From an uncultured Bacteroidia bacterium (GTDB taxonomy: Bacteria; Bacteroidota; Bacteroidia; Bacteroidales; F082): a stretch of 64,000 nucleotides of DNA. The notes beneath the pieces were generated by a model that saw only the letters and a program-made list of their open reading frames with translations, did not search any database and was not told the DNA's origin. Below are positions 9,669-18,743 of this stretch, in pieces (positions within the stretch are counted from its first letter, which is position 1; each line of letters starts with the position of its first letter). Location of the stretch: NCBI GenBank assembly GCA_902802535.1, contig CADCML010000007.1:26937-90936 (forward strand), given 5' to 3'. A program made the position numbers and the translations under genes.

Positions 9669-10792
9669 TTATCTAATTGCTGTTTTAGTCCTAATAATAG
9701 TATATCTTTATGCGATTCACATTGTATATTTGCCAACAATTTATTCAATCGCTTTTTGGTTACAAATGAGGGTAACAATCCTTTTGAATACAGGCTTTTA
9801 AAGAGATTGGATGAATATGGGGCCAATATATCTTGGGCAGTCATAAATCCTCTTGTCGCGTGTTTTTCAAAACTTTGTTTCAAAAGAGCGTCTTCTTCAA
9901 TAATCAGATTAAGTTGCTTGATGCTCGCCTCAAAACTTGACATATCTTGCATTAACGCAACTCTTGCAGCACTTTCCGAACATTGAACATAGGGTATAAT
10001 ACGATAATCTATCCGCTTGCCAAAACTAATTTCAACCATAAAGCCTTCTTCTCGCAACTTGTCCTCTTTGGCTTGGACTTTATCAAAACAAAAATTACCC
10101 AAACCATAAAAAATAGGCTTGTCTTTATATACTTCATATCCACTATAGCAATGCTGGTGATGATTTACTACTGCATCCGCACCATTATCAATGAAAAATC
10201 GATAGGTTTCTTTCATTCTCGGACTAGGCAAATTATAAAGCTCAGTTCCTCCATGAACAATCATCAGAACAAAATCGGCTTTAGTCTTGGCTTCTTGGAT
10301 AGCATAATAGTTTTTTACCAGATTAAGCGATGCAGAACCTCCATGTTTTTCGGATGCTATGGACCATTCGTTTTCACAAATATTGATGATGGCCAAGGTT
10401 TGTCCATTGATCTCCCTATACAGAATATGTTCTGCTTCTTCTATATCCTTACCACCTCCTACATGATCAACATGATACTTTTTGCAAGCATGTAATGTGT
10501 CCTCAACCCCCACTTGTCCGTAATCTCGAAAATGGTTGTTAGCCAAAGTGACACAATTGAATCCAGCTTGGGCAACACATTCCATCGATTGTTCCGTACA
10601 ACGAAGATTAGGTCCAGTTTTTTCAATGGGTTTGGCTACTCGCATTACCACAGGTGATTCAAAATTGACAATGGCATAATCAACAGCCTTGATAATTGGC
10701 TTAACTTCATCCAAGCAACTATAATCGCCTTTTTCAATTTGAGCGGCAGTACGGCGACGAGGAACAAAATCGCCAGCTATGAGCACATTCAT
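9665..10792 (-). CDS. CapA / PGA_cap family metallophosphatase-like protein
   Basis: 375 aa. It starts MNVLIAGDFVP and has NFESPV and LANNHFRDYG, which match the CapA (poly-gamma-glutamate capsule) family pattern. Confidence 0.65.
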   Translation of the reverse strand: MNVLIAGDFVPRRRTAAQIEKGDYSCLDEVKPIIKAVDYAIVNFESPVVMRVAKPIEKTGPNLRCTEQSMECVAQAGFNCVTLANNHFRDYGQVGVEDTLHACKKYHVDHVGGGKDIEEAEHILYREINGQTLAIINICENEWSIASEKHGGSASLNLVKNYYAIQEAKTKADFVLMIVHGGTELYNLPSPRMKETYRFFIDNGADAVVNHHQHCYSGYEVYKDKPIFYGLGNFCFDKVQAKEDKLREEGFMVEISFGKRIDYRIIPYVQCSESAARVALMQDMSSFEASIKQLNLIIEEDALLKQSFEKHATRGFMTAQDILAPYSSNLFKSLYSKGLLPSFVTKKRLNKLLANIQCESHKDILLLGLKQQLDK

Positions 10793-11895
10793 TTCTCTAC
10801 TAAATTTAAAAATTGTTGGCCCACATTACAAATGTCGTATTGTGAAATGTCGGCCTTAATATGTTGATGGTTGTAGTTCCCATTCAAGAACTCTTCCACA
10901 ATATCAGACTCGTTAAAATCAGTCGTGATGTCTATGATGGGTCTGGTTGTTAAATAATAATCTATCAGCTTGCTTGGTGACTGAACACCACTGTTATTGT
11001 TAATGTTCACTAAAAAGTCCATTTGTGACAAATCCCACAAAAGCTGCTCCCTTGGAACATAGTTTTTCACAGTCAATTTATCCCCTAATGCTGATTTGTA
11101 TTTTTCAAAAAAGGAACGGCTTTTTGTGTAGACCACAAACTCAAAAGGCTGGTTAACCTTTTCGCATAAATATTGCAAAAATCTTGATGGGTCTCTATAG
11201 CCCGGATAGATAGCGCCCGCGTATGCAAATCGCGGGATGGCATTGCCATTAAAGTGTTTGTCAATTCGAACGTTTGAAAAATCAAATCCTTGTGGAATTA
11301 CTCTTAGCTTGTCTTGGACTTTCTCGGAATAAGCTTTTTTTGCTGCTTCCAAAGGAATGGCGATATAGTCTGTTTGCTTGCCCCAAAAATCTTCAATTCT
11401 TTGAAAATAACTTGGATGAGCATTCTTAACAGAATTACCCATATAAGGATCGCCGCAATCTGAAACCCAGGTTTTTGGGAAAACTGAAAGATTCTTCTTT
11501 TTTGCTATGGCTGCACCCCAATGAATAGGATATGGGATGGCAACCGTAACCAGCATATCGACATTGCGTAGTTGGCCAACAACTTTCTTTGTCTTCCACA
11601 TCAGTTCTATATCTGGAAACTCAAGATACTTACCAAGCAAACGTTTTAAAAACCTGTCTAATGAATTTTTTCTTGCGTAACCGTCGCTATTTAAAGTTGC
11701 AAAATGCATTTTTCCCAACGAGCAAACATGAACTCCTGTAGTTTCTTCAAATTCGCGATAATTATATTTTCCCAACACTGCGTATAAATAAACCTCATGT
11801 CCTTGCTTGGCAAAATATTTTGCTAATTCAGTAGCTCGAAACGGACGTGGAGCTATTGCAGGATAGATACACCTACTAATTACAACTATTTTCAT
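10789..11895 (-). CDS. Glycosyltransferase (GT4-like)
   Basis: 368 aa. MKIVVISRCIYPAIAPRPFRATELAKYFAKQGHEVYLYAV. Assigned from glycan-operon context and a Rossmann-like N-terminus. Confidence 0.55.
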   Translation of the reverse strand: MKIVVISRCIYPAIAPRPFRATELAKYFAKQGHEVYLYAVLGKYNYREFEETTGVHVCSLGKMHFATLNSDGYARKNSLDRFLKRLLGKYLEFPDIELMWKTKKVVGQLRNVDMLVTVAIPYPIHWGAAIAKKKNLSVFPKTWVSDCGDPYMGNSVKNAHPSYFQRIEDFWGKQTDYIAIPLEAAKKAYSEKVQDKLRVIPQGFDFSNVRIDKHFNGNAIPRFAYAGAIYPGYRDPSRFLQYLCEKVNQPFEFVVYTKSRSFFEKYKSALGDKLTVKNYVPREQLLWDLSQMDFLVNINNNSGVQSPSKLIDYYLTTRPIIDITTDFNESDIVEEFLNGNYNHQHIKADISQYDICNVGQQFLNLVEK

Positions 11896-11924
11896 AAAAT
11901 AAATATTGATTAGAATACAATTGA

Positions 11925-12563
11925 TTATTGCAACATCATTTCGATGTATTTATTCCGTTTCAAGTGCTTTTTAGCAAACTCCTTAAATTCTTCTTTCGGC
12001 ACAAATCCATAATACTCTTCCTCATACTTTGTTGGCACAAATTTCTCTTTGTCCAATTCCTTGATGAGTTTGGCCGGATTGCCGCCAATTACGCAATAAC
12101 CATCTGGGAAGCTCTTTGTTACCACACTGCCAGCGCCCACCACCGTGCGCGGACCAAGATGTACTCCTGGCATAATCATCACATTCATGCCTATCCAACA
12201 ATAATCGTCAATACGGACTTCTTTCTTAAAATGTTTAGAATGATCGTATACATCATGATTCGCGCTAATAATGCCAACATTTCTAGCAATGGTAACATAA
12301 TCTCCAATGTATATTCCCCCATTACCTTGGATATAATTATTTGTTTGAATTCCTAGCTTTGAATTAATTCCAACATAGATATTTTTGGGGTGCGTTACCA
12401 AAGAAGTGTCATTAACTGGCCAATAAAGTCTTTTATCTTTTTTCAGCCAAAAACGACACCATTGCTTAAATGTCACTCTGCTTGTCTGTGATTTTAGAAA
12501 CCGATGATATTTTTTCAATGGAGGAAATACAAAGTAGACAAATGCTTTAATAATATTTTTCAT
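11925..12563 (-). CDS. Hexapeptide-repeat acetyltransferase (WbbJ / maltose O-acetyltransferase-like)
   Basis: 212 aa. IGDYVTIARNVGIISANHD...IGMNVMIMPGVHLGPRTVVGAGSVVTKSFPDGYCVIGGNPAK. Confidence 0.75.
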   Translation of the reverse strand: MKNIIKAFVYFVFPPLKKYHRFLKSQTSRVTFKQWCRFWLKKDKRLYWPVNDTSLVTHPKNIYVGINSKLGIQTNNYIQGNGGIYIGDYVTIARNVGIISANHDVYDHSKHFKKEVRIDDYCWIGMNVMIMPGVHLGPRTVVGAGSVVTKSFPDGYCVIGGNPAKLIKELDKEKFVPTKYEEEYYGFVPKEEFKEFAKKHLKRNKYIEMMLQ

Positions 12564-14032
12564 TTTTTCTTAATTAAAGGTTTTACAAGTCCAATATAAT
12601 CCATTTTCACAAGGATACTATAAACAAAATAAACCAAAACATAAACAATCACGCTAACAAACAAAACCACCCATGAATTGAAGTGACACAGGTCTATTAG
12701 AACCCATCTTTCCAGCAATAAGAATAATGCTGAAGGAATGATTATCAACCCTATAAGTTTTAGTGGGAACAATTGATAGAATTTCACCCCAAAAAACTTA
12801 CTCACCATGAATAACATGGCAAATATTTTACCCACATGGCAAAGCATGGAAATCCAACTTATGGCGTATGGTGAGTTTATGGTCTTTACGCTTATGAATT
12901 CAAGAAGCACAACTATCAAGGCAGTGAACATGTGTACTCTGGAATAGTATTTCACCTTTCCAATGTTGATAATCAACGGACCGTATGAAATGAGTGTAAA
13001 GAAATTCGTAATAAGTTTAATTCTGAAATAGTTTTGCGAATCGACATATTTCCCGCTATAGAGTGTCACCATCACCACATCAGCGAAAACCATACAATAA
13101 ATCACCAAGGGATAAATAAGCTTGGCTGTTTTTTCAAACACACTCATCCATAAGGGATAAACTTCTTTTTTGGGATCCACTTTCTCATGACTTAGCCGTG
13201 AGAATATAGGGGACAAAACAGTAGCACAAGCTCCTACAATCATTCCAACAAAAGGCAATTCCATCGACCCATTTGAGAATTCTGCAAAAACCTCGTTGCC
13301 AAAATAACGGCTGACAAAGAATTGGTCGGCAGAATGAATCAAGATTCCCCATAAACTGGCTGTCAGCAACGGAATCGAAAAACGAAAAATATCTTTATAA
13401 GTGATTTTGCATTTTTCAGTTCCCTCATTTCTGACAGGCAGATACTTAAGATACAAAGCAAGCAAAAAGGTAATAAAAGACGAAACCACAAATCCCCACA
13501 GTGCTTGTTCATATCCCAAGTTCCATACCATCACTGGAAGTGCAACGCACAACAATTTGAATATGTTTGTTGAAATATGATAAAGCGCAATATACCTAGA
13601 CTGTCTGAAAGTGGCTAAAATGCCATCCAGTCCCATCGTCGGAAGCAGGAAAAACGGCACAATGGCAAAAATCCTTAATGCTTTCGTTAGTTCCGGGTTT
13701 TTTAAAATCAGAGCAATTTGAGGCGAGAAAACGAACAACAATAAAGAAAACACCCCACCTAACAAAAAGAAAAGATTTGTAATTTTACGGATCAGACTTT
13801 TTGATTGAGCCAATTCAACCCTTGGTAAAAAATAAGAAAAAGCCTTTGGCAAACCTAGCGTAAAAACGGTGAGCAATGTACTATATACATACATCACCTG
13901 TTTGTATGTTCCATAATCAGCCTTGTTGAAATAGCGGCTGAGTATCATAGAACTCACTATAGCAAAGCCATGAGCACATAAGCTCCCTGCCGCTACCCAT
14001 GCGGCTTGTTTGGTGTTGTTGGTGCTAGCCAT
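12560..14032 (-). CDS. wzx: Oligosaccharide flippase (polysaccharide biosynthesis protein, MOP superfamily)
   Basis: 490 aa with about 12-14 hydrophobic segments. The N-terminus AAGSLCAHGFAIVSSMILSRYFNKADYGTY is typical of Wzx. Confidence 0.75.
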   Translation of the reverse strand: MASTNNTKQAAWVAAGSLCAHGFAIVSSMILSRYFNKADYGTYKQVMYVYSTLLTVFTLGLPKAFSYFLPRVELAQSKSLIRKITNLFFLLGGVFSLLLFVFSPQIALILKNPELTKALRIFAIVPFFLLPTMGLDGILATFRQSRYIALYHISTNIFKLLCVALPVMVWNLGYEQALWGFVVSSFITFLLALYLKYLPVRNEGTEKCKITYKDIFRFSIPLLTASLWGILIHSADQFFVSRYFGNEVFAEFSNGSMELPFVGMIVGACATVLSPIFSRLSHEKVDPKKEVYPLWMSVFEKTAKLIYPLVIYCMVFADVVMVTLYSGKYVDSQNYFRIKLITNFFTLISYGPLIINIGKVKYYSRVHMFTALIVVLLEFISVKTINSPYAISWISMLCHVGKIFAMLFMVSKFFGVKFYQLFPLKLIGLIIIPSALFLLLERWVLIDLCHFNSWVVLFVSVIVYVLVYFVYSILVKMDYIGLVKPLIKKK

Positions 14033-14033
14033 T

Positions 14034-15041
14034 TTAATTGATAATTTTTAACGACAATTTCTTTCCTAAATCTATGAATTTCTTTTCAACAAGGTGGTAA
14101 CTTAGCAGCGACAGCACAATGGTTACAGCCAAAGTACTGCACAATAGTAAGGTGAAATTATTAATATGACATTGGTTCAACAAGAATCGAATGACTACCG
14201 AGTGAATGAGGTATATTGAAAATGAAGCATCGCCCAAGGCAAGCATAATATGATGAATTAGCCATTTTCCAGCTAACACTTCATTGGCTTTATACACGAT
14301 GCAGAACATCAAAGGACTTATAAGCAATGAAAAATAGAATCTATAGCGAGTACAAAGTACTGCCACATAAGCAAATAAAGCCAATACAGAAACAATTTTC
14401 AAAACAGTTCGGTCAATCTTAATGTTTTGAATCTTGTCATTCAATAAAGCAATGACGATGCCCTCGCAAAAAAAGAAAATGTGATGTGCACCTATCAGAC
14501 TATACAAATATCCCACGAAGCCTTTCATTGGAAAGATCTTGTTCAACCCAAAACCAATGACAAACAAAACCAAAATGACAGGCAAAAGCCGCTTTTTGGA
14601 AATGCCTAAAAGAAGCAATATGGTTAACAAAGCGTAGAAATACAGCTCATAACAAGTTGACCATGCTTGACCAACAATCAGACTTTTAAAACCAATAGGA
14701 CCCGAAAAAGGTATCATTAGAATATTTTGTATAATGGTAACCGCATTATACACCGTCCCGTCATAAACCACTCTATAAGCTGTATATATGATTAAGCATA
14801 ACAGATATGCAGGATAGATCCTGAATATCCTTTTTATGGCAAAGGCTTTCCAAGATGAATAGTCTTTGGTGGTCAAATATATAATAAAGCCTGAAAGGAG
14901 GAAGAAAATGTCGACACCCCATTGTCCAGCAAAAAATACCCCGTTAGGTTGAATATCCAGCCTTTGAAGCACATGGGTGAGAAGCACCCATAGTGCTGCA
15001 AACGCACGCAAATATTGGAGTGAATAAATCCTGTTGTTCAT
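14034..15041 (-). CDS. Acyltransferase family 3 (membrane O-acyltransferase)
   Basis: 335 aa. LQYLRAFAALWVLLTH (R-x10-H), polytopic. Confidence 0.8.
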   Translation of the reverse strand: MNNRIYSLQYLRAFAALWVLLTHVLQRLDIQPNGVFFAGQWGVDIFFLLSGFIIYLTTKDYSSWKAFAIKRIFRIYPAYLLCLIIYTAYRVVYDGTVYNAVTIIQNILMIPFSGPIGFKSLIVGQAWSTCYELYFYALLTILLLLGISKKRLLPVILVLFVIGFGLNKIFPMKGFVGYLYSLIGAHHIFFFCEGIVIALLNDKIQNIKIDRTVLKIVSVLALFAYVAVLCTRYRFYFSLLISPLMFCIVYKANEVLAGKWLIHHIMLALGDASFSIYLIHSVVIRFLLNQCHINNFTLLLCSTLAVTIVLSLLSYHLVEKKFIDLGKKLSLKIIN

Positions 15042-15096
15042 AAAATGCAGTTATAGTAGTTTTGCTTTGCCAATGTCATATCTAACAATGTAAATA

Positions 15097-16320
15097 CTAT
15101 ATATGATACACCCCTTCCAGCGGGCAAATATTATGGCAATCCAAAATCACCTTGCCTTTTAGTTTATCCCAATTCTGCTTGATATGGTCGTGCTTTACCA
15201 TGATGACCACCATATCGACCTCACTCAAGAACTGGTCGAAGTCGAGGATTTGGTTCGGGACAATCTCCTTTTCGGTAAAGAAGGGGTCGAAGCTCTTCAG
15301 TGGACGGGCGAGATGGCGCTCCTGAATGTCAATCATCTGGAGGGTCGGGCTTTCGCGCACATCATCCACATTCTCCTTATAGGTGATGCCATAGAGGCCC
15401 ACGCGACGATTGTCGGTGATATGATGGGCTTCCATTATCTCGTGTATGCGCTCCAGCACGAAGACAGGTTGATAATCGTTGGTCTTCATAGACTCATCTA
15501 TAACTTTGGCCAGTTGTGGATAATCGCCCACAAGGAACCAAGGATCAACACTGATGCAGTGGCCACCCACACCAGGGCCAGGTTGCAGGATGTTGACACG
15601 TGGGTGCATATTACAGATACGGATAATCTCGTAAACATCCATGTTGTCGTGACGGCAGATGCGGCTCAACTCATTGGCAAAGGCAATATTTACTGCACGA
15701 TAGGTATTCTCAACCACCTTGGTCATCTCCGCAGTACGAATGTCGGTCACCACAATCTCGCCTTGGCAGAAGCTGGCGTAGTATTTCTTCACTTTCTCAC
15801 CAATCTCACGGCTGTCAGCACCAATGGTGCGGTTGTTGTGGAGCAATTCATACACCATATTGCCAGGGATGATACGCTCAGGAGCGTGAACAAGGTTTAT
15901 GTCCTCTCCGATCATAAAGCCATTGGCCTCTATGACGGGACGCACAAACTTGTCGATAGTGCCGGGGCTCACGGTGCTCTCAATTACCACAGTTGCGCCT
16001 TTTGGGCAAACCTTCATCACGTCTTTGACGGCGGCCACCACGTAACAGGCATCCACTTTCTTGCTAAACTTGTCGTAAGGCGTAGGTACGCTGACGATAT
16101 ACATGTCAGTCTTTTGGTATTCGGTCGTGAACTTGATACCAGCTTTCAATGCGTCTTGGAAGAGTTCATCCAGACCGTCTTCCTTGAAAGTGGTCTTGCC
16201 AGCGTTGAGGGTGGCAACCAGTTCCTTGTTATAGTCAGTGCCGATGACTTCCACACCGTGGGAGGCCATCATTAATGCTGTGGGCAGTCCGATATAGCCC
16301 AGTCCAATTACGTTAATCAT
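15097..16320 (-). CDS. wecC: UDP-N-acetyl-D-mannosamine dehydrogenase
   Basis: 407 aa. It has MINVIGLGYIGLPTA (Rossmann) and the catalytic GVGGHCISVDPWF, and it sits directly downstream of wecB. Confidence 0.85.
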   Translation of the reverse strand: MINVIGLGYIGLPTALMMASHGVEVIGTDYNKELVATLNAGKTTFKEDGLDELFQDALKAGIKFTTEYQKTDMYIVSVPTPYDKFSKKVDACYVVAAVKDVMKVCPKGATVVIESTVSPGTIDKFVRPVIEANGFMIGEDINLVHAPERIIPGNMVYELLHNNRTIGADSREIGEKVKKYYASFCQGEIVVTDIRTAEMTKVVENTYRAVNIAFANELSRICRHDNMDVYEIIRICNMHPRVNILQPGPGVGGHCISVDPWFLVGDYPQLAKVIDESMKTNDYQPVFVLERIHEIMEAHHITDNRRVGLYGITYKENVDDVRESPTLQMIDIQERHLARPLKSFDPFFTEKEIVPNQILDFDQFLSEVDMVVIMVKHDHIKQNWDKLKGKVILDCHNICPLEGVYHI

Positions 16321-16361
16321 TGTTATTCAAATTTGATTATTACATTCGAGTTTTATTTTAA

Positions 16362-16424
16362 CTCCACGTATCTCGCGAATCTCCACGTATCTTTTAATAC
16401 TTGCGATACGAGTGATACGTGGAA
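16362..16424. repeat. Inverted repeat made of GATACGTGGAG-type units in the wecB-wecC spacer
   Basis: CTCCACGTATCtcgCG (16362-16377) and CTCCACGTATC (16381-16391) face GATACGagtGATACGTGGAA (16405-16424). The same motif family recurs at 24067-24088 and 27527-27548. Confidence 0.8.
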
Positions 16425-16427
16425 AAA

Positions 16428-17600
16428 TCAGATTTCGTAGCGGTCAACTTCTTCTCCCTTTAACACCTTTACTATACGCTCGCAGGCTTTGCCGTCACCG
16501 TATGGGTTCACGGCCTTGCTCATGTGCTCGTAAGCGGAGGCATCATCAAGGAGGGTGCTCACTTCGTTTACAATCAGGTCATGGTTGGTGCCCACAAGGT
16601 GTACAGTACCGCTCTTGAGGGCTTCGGGGCGCTCGGTGGTGTCGCGCATCACTAAGACGGGCTTGCCCAAACCAGGAGCCTCTTCCTGAATGCCGCCGCT
16701 GTCAGTAAGCACTACAGTCGACTTCTCCATCAGATAGACGAATTCCAAGTATTGGAGAGGTTCTATGAAGAAGAAATTGGGACGGGTAAGGTCTTCACCA
16801 AACACCTCGTGGATTGGCTTGCGCACGTTTGGGTTGAGGTGCATGGGATAAACGAAATCCACATCAGGGTACTTCTCGCTGAGGTCTTTCATGGCAGTGA
16901 CCATGCTTATGAAGCCTTCACCGAAATTCTCACGACGATGACCTGTGATCAGCACTAACTTCTTTCCGTGGTTAAGACGTGTGACATCATAACCGGCGGT
17001 TTTCAATACATTGATTTGTTCATTAGCTAATGTTTTGTCGTTTTTCAACTTATCCACCACAAGGTGCAACGCATCGATAACGGTGTTACCTGTCACGAAG
17101 ATTTGTCCCCAGGCCTTTTCCTCTTTCAGATTCTTCTCCGATAATGGTGTGGGCGAGAAGTTGTAGGTAGCGATTCGCCCCGTAATCTGTCGGTTCATCT
17201 CCTCCGGCCAAGGGCTGTAAATATTATGGGTGCGCAGACCTGCCTCCACATGACCAACGGGAATCTGCTGGTAAAATGCGGCGAGTGCTGCTGCAGTGCT
17301 TGTTGTTGTATCGCCATGCACCAAAACCACATCAGGTTTGCATTTTTGGAACACATCGCGCATACCTGTGAGCACTCGGGCTGTGACATCATAGAGGTCC
17401 TGCCCCTGCTTCATAATGTTCAGGTCGTAGTCAGGCTTAACATCGAATATGGTAAGTACCTGGTCCAACATTTCACGGTGTTGTCCCGTGACGCACACGA
17501 TGGTTTCAAAGTCATCAGGGTATTTCTGGAATTCCTTCACCAGTGGGCACATCTTGATGGCCTCGGGGCGGGTTCCGAAGACGAGCATTACTTTTTTCAT
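16428..17600 (-). CDS. wecB: UDP-N-acetylglucosamine 2-epimerase (non-hydrolysing)
   Basis: 390 aa. MKKVMLVFGTRPEAIKMCPL...HVEAGLRT...SGGIQEEAPGLGKPVLVMRDTTERPE. Confidence 0.9.
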   Translation of the reverse strand: MKKVMLVFGTRPEAIKMCPLVKEFQKYPDDFETIVCVTGQHREMLDQVLTIFDVKPDYDLNIMKQGQDLYDVTARVLTGMRDVFQKCKPDVVLVHGDTTTSTAAALAAFYQQIPVGHVEAGLRTHNIYSPWPEEMNRQITGRIATYNFSPTPLSEKNLKEEKAWGQIFVTGNTVIDALHLVVDKLKNDKTLANEQINVLKTAGYDVTRLNHGKKLVLITGHRRENFGEGFISMVTAMKDLSEKYPDVDFVYPMHLNPNVRKPIHEVFGEDLTRPNFFFIEPLQYLEFVYLMEKSTVVLTDSGGIQEEAPGLGKPVLVMRDTTERPEALKSGTVHLVGTNHDLIVNEVSTLLDDASAYEHMSKAVNPYGDGKACERIVKVLKGEEVDRYEI

Positions 17601-17744
17601 AATTGTCGCTACGATTTTATTTTATGATAATCAGAAACTCGGGCCACACAGAGACAAACACTGTTTTCCCCCCTGATTTCACAAATGGATAAAAAAACTT
17701 ATTCTTTCCTTAATTCTTAATCTCTCTTATCACTGGCAATAAAG

Positions 17745-17966
17745 CTATTTATGATTCTTCTTTGGCTGTACTTTGCGGGAATGAGCCAGTACAGGGCAAA
17801 GATAAATGCGTATGTGGTTATGATGGTATCCAACTTCCTTAAAAGCATAGAAAAAATGCATGAACACAATCAGCAGCGCCAAGATAGTACGCATTAGGGT
17901 TACTTCGTCGAGGCAGATTTTTGGTTTTATTGCCTTTGTTTCAGAAATGTTATCAGTTTCTTTCAT
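17745..17966 (-). pseudogene. N-terminal remnant of an acyltransferase family 3 gene
   Basis: The 73-aa ORF contains LDEVTLMRTILALLIVFMH. It has the same R-x10-H spacing as the two intact AT3 genes in this window (2770-3813 and 14034-15041) but stops after about 35 more residues. Confidence 0.4.
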
Positions 17967-18220
17967 TGTTATTAGATAGTTGGAATAGAAAATTCTGTTT
18001 CCACATTAAAGTAAGATGATGGTTGGTCGGATGATGGAGACTTAGGGGAGGAGTTTTTTGTTGGTAGGTTGGTGGGTTGGTGACATATAATTATAAGTTG
18101 ATTTTTTCAGGATAGAATCTTTGTGGAATTAGCGGGTTGGGGGCGTTGAAAAAGTGTGGATAACCTATTGTTTTGTTCTAAACGAGAACGAGCGAGAAAC
18201 AGTAATGTCTTTGTTAAGAG

Positions 18221-18742
18221 TTAAGAATCAAAGTTAGAGTTCGTTTCCCTTTCCCTCTCAATAATAGCATTTAGATTACGTATTATATTATGAAGATTAC
18301 TGTCACAAGCAGGACTGCTTAATTTTGCCATATAGGCATTGATTAGTCCAAGTTCTTCAACTGTAATACTATCAATATGACAAACAAATTTGTCAGCAAT
18401 TCTTTTCAACAGCGTCCTAATAGACATTTCTGACCAATTTTCAAATCTTGAGTCGAGATATTCATCAATGGCATTGGCCACCTCTGGGCGACCCGTCAAA
18501 CGATAATAGTTTTGAAACGTATAATTCTTATCCCCCATTTCAAGAAACATAGAACGGAACAAAACTATCGTTGCGTCAAAAACCATCAGATACTCTTTAT
18601 TGTTGATGGCATCCGTGGGATTGATTTGCGAAAGCCTATCTAGCCGATAGTTCAACTGCTCGATATTAAAGATGAACTGCGAAGAGAAAGGTGTGTTAAA
18701 AACCTTCTTTATTAATTCGGGGTCGAGGGATTGGATGTTCAT
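18221..18742 (-). CDS. Hypothetical protein D of the four-gene operon (all-helical, no family recognised)
   Basis: The track ORF begins at a TTG (18751). The first ATG is at 18742 (MNIQSLDPEL...), 1 nt after the TAA of the upstream gene (TAAtATG). It contains KRIADKFVCH (R-x7-H). Confidence 0.6.
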   Translation of the reverse strand: MNIQSLDPELIKKVFNTPFSSQFIFNIEQLNYRLDRLSQINPTDAINNKEYLMVFDATIVLFRSMFLEMGDKNYTFQNYYRLTGRPEVANAIDEYLDSRFENWSEMSIRTLLKRIADKFVCHIDSITVEELGLINAYMAKLSSPACDSNLHNIIRNLNAIIERERETNSNFDS

Positions 18743-18743
18743 A

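Noticed and set aside
15184-16275. 363-aa plus-strand ORF
   Set aside because: It lies entirely antisense to the well-supported wecC gene. Its composition is odd (H/V/D/L-rich) and it has no recognisable motifs. It is a shadow ORF.
17745-17966. The 73-aa ORF as a genuine small membrane protein gene
   Set aside because: Its only recognisable feature is the N-terminal motif of a family that is normally about 340 aa, and the tail is unrelated basic sequence. I treat it as a remnant (see the feature and finding), but with low confidence.
18030-18095. G/T-rich tract (..GGTAGGTTGGTGGGTTGGTG..) as a G-quadruplex or functional element
   Set aside because: It has only two-G runs, so it would form at best a weak two-tetrad structure. 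There is no repeat partner elsewhere in the window. It is probably just filler at the island boundary.
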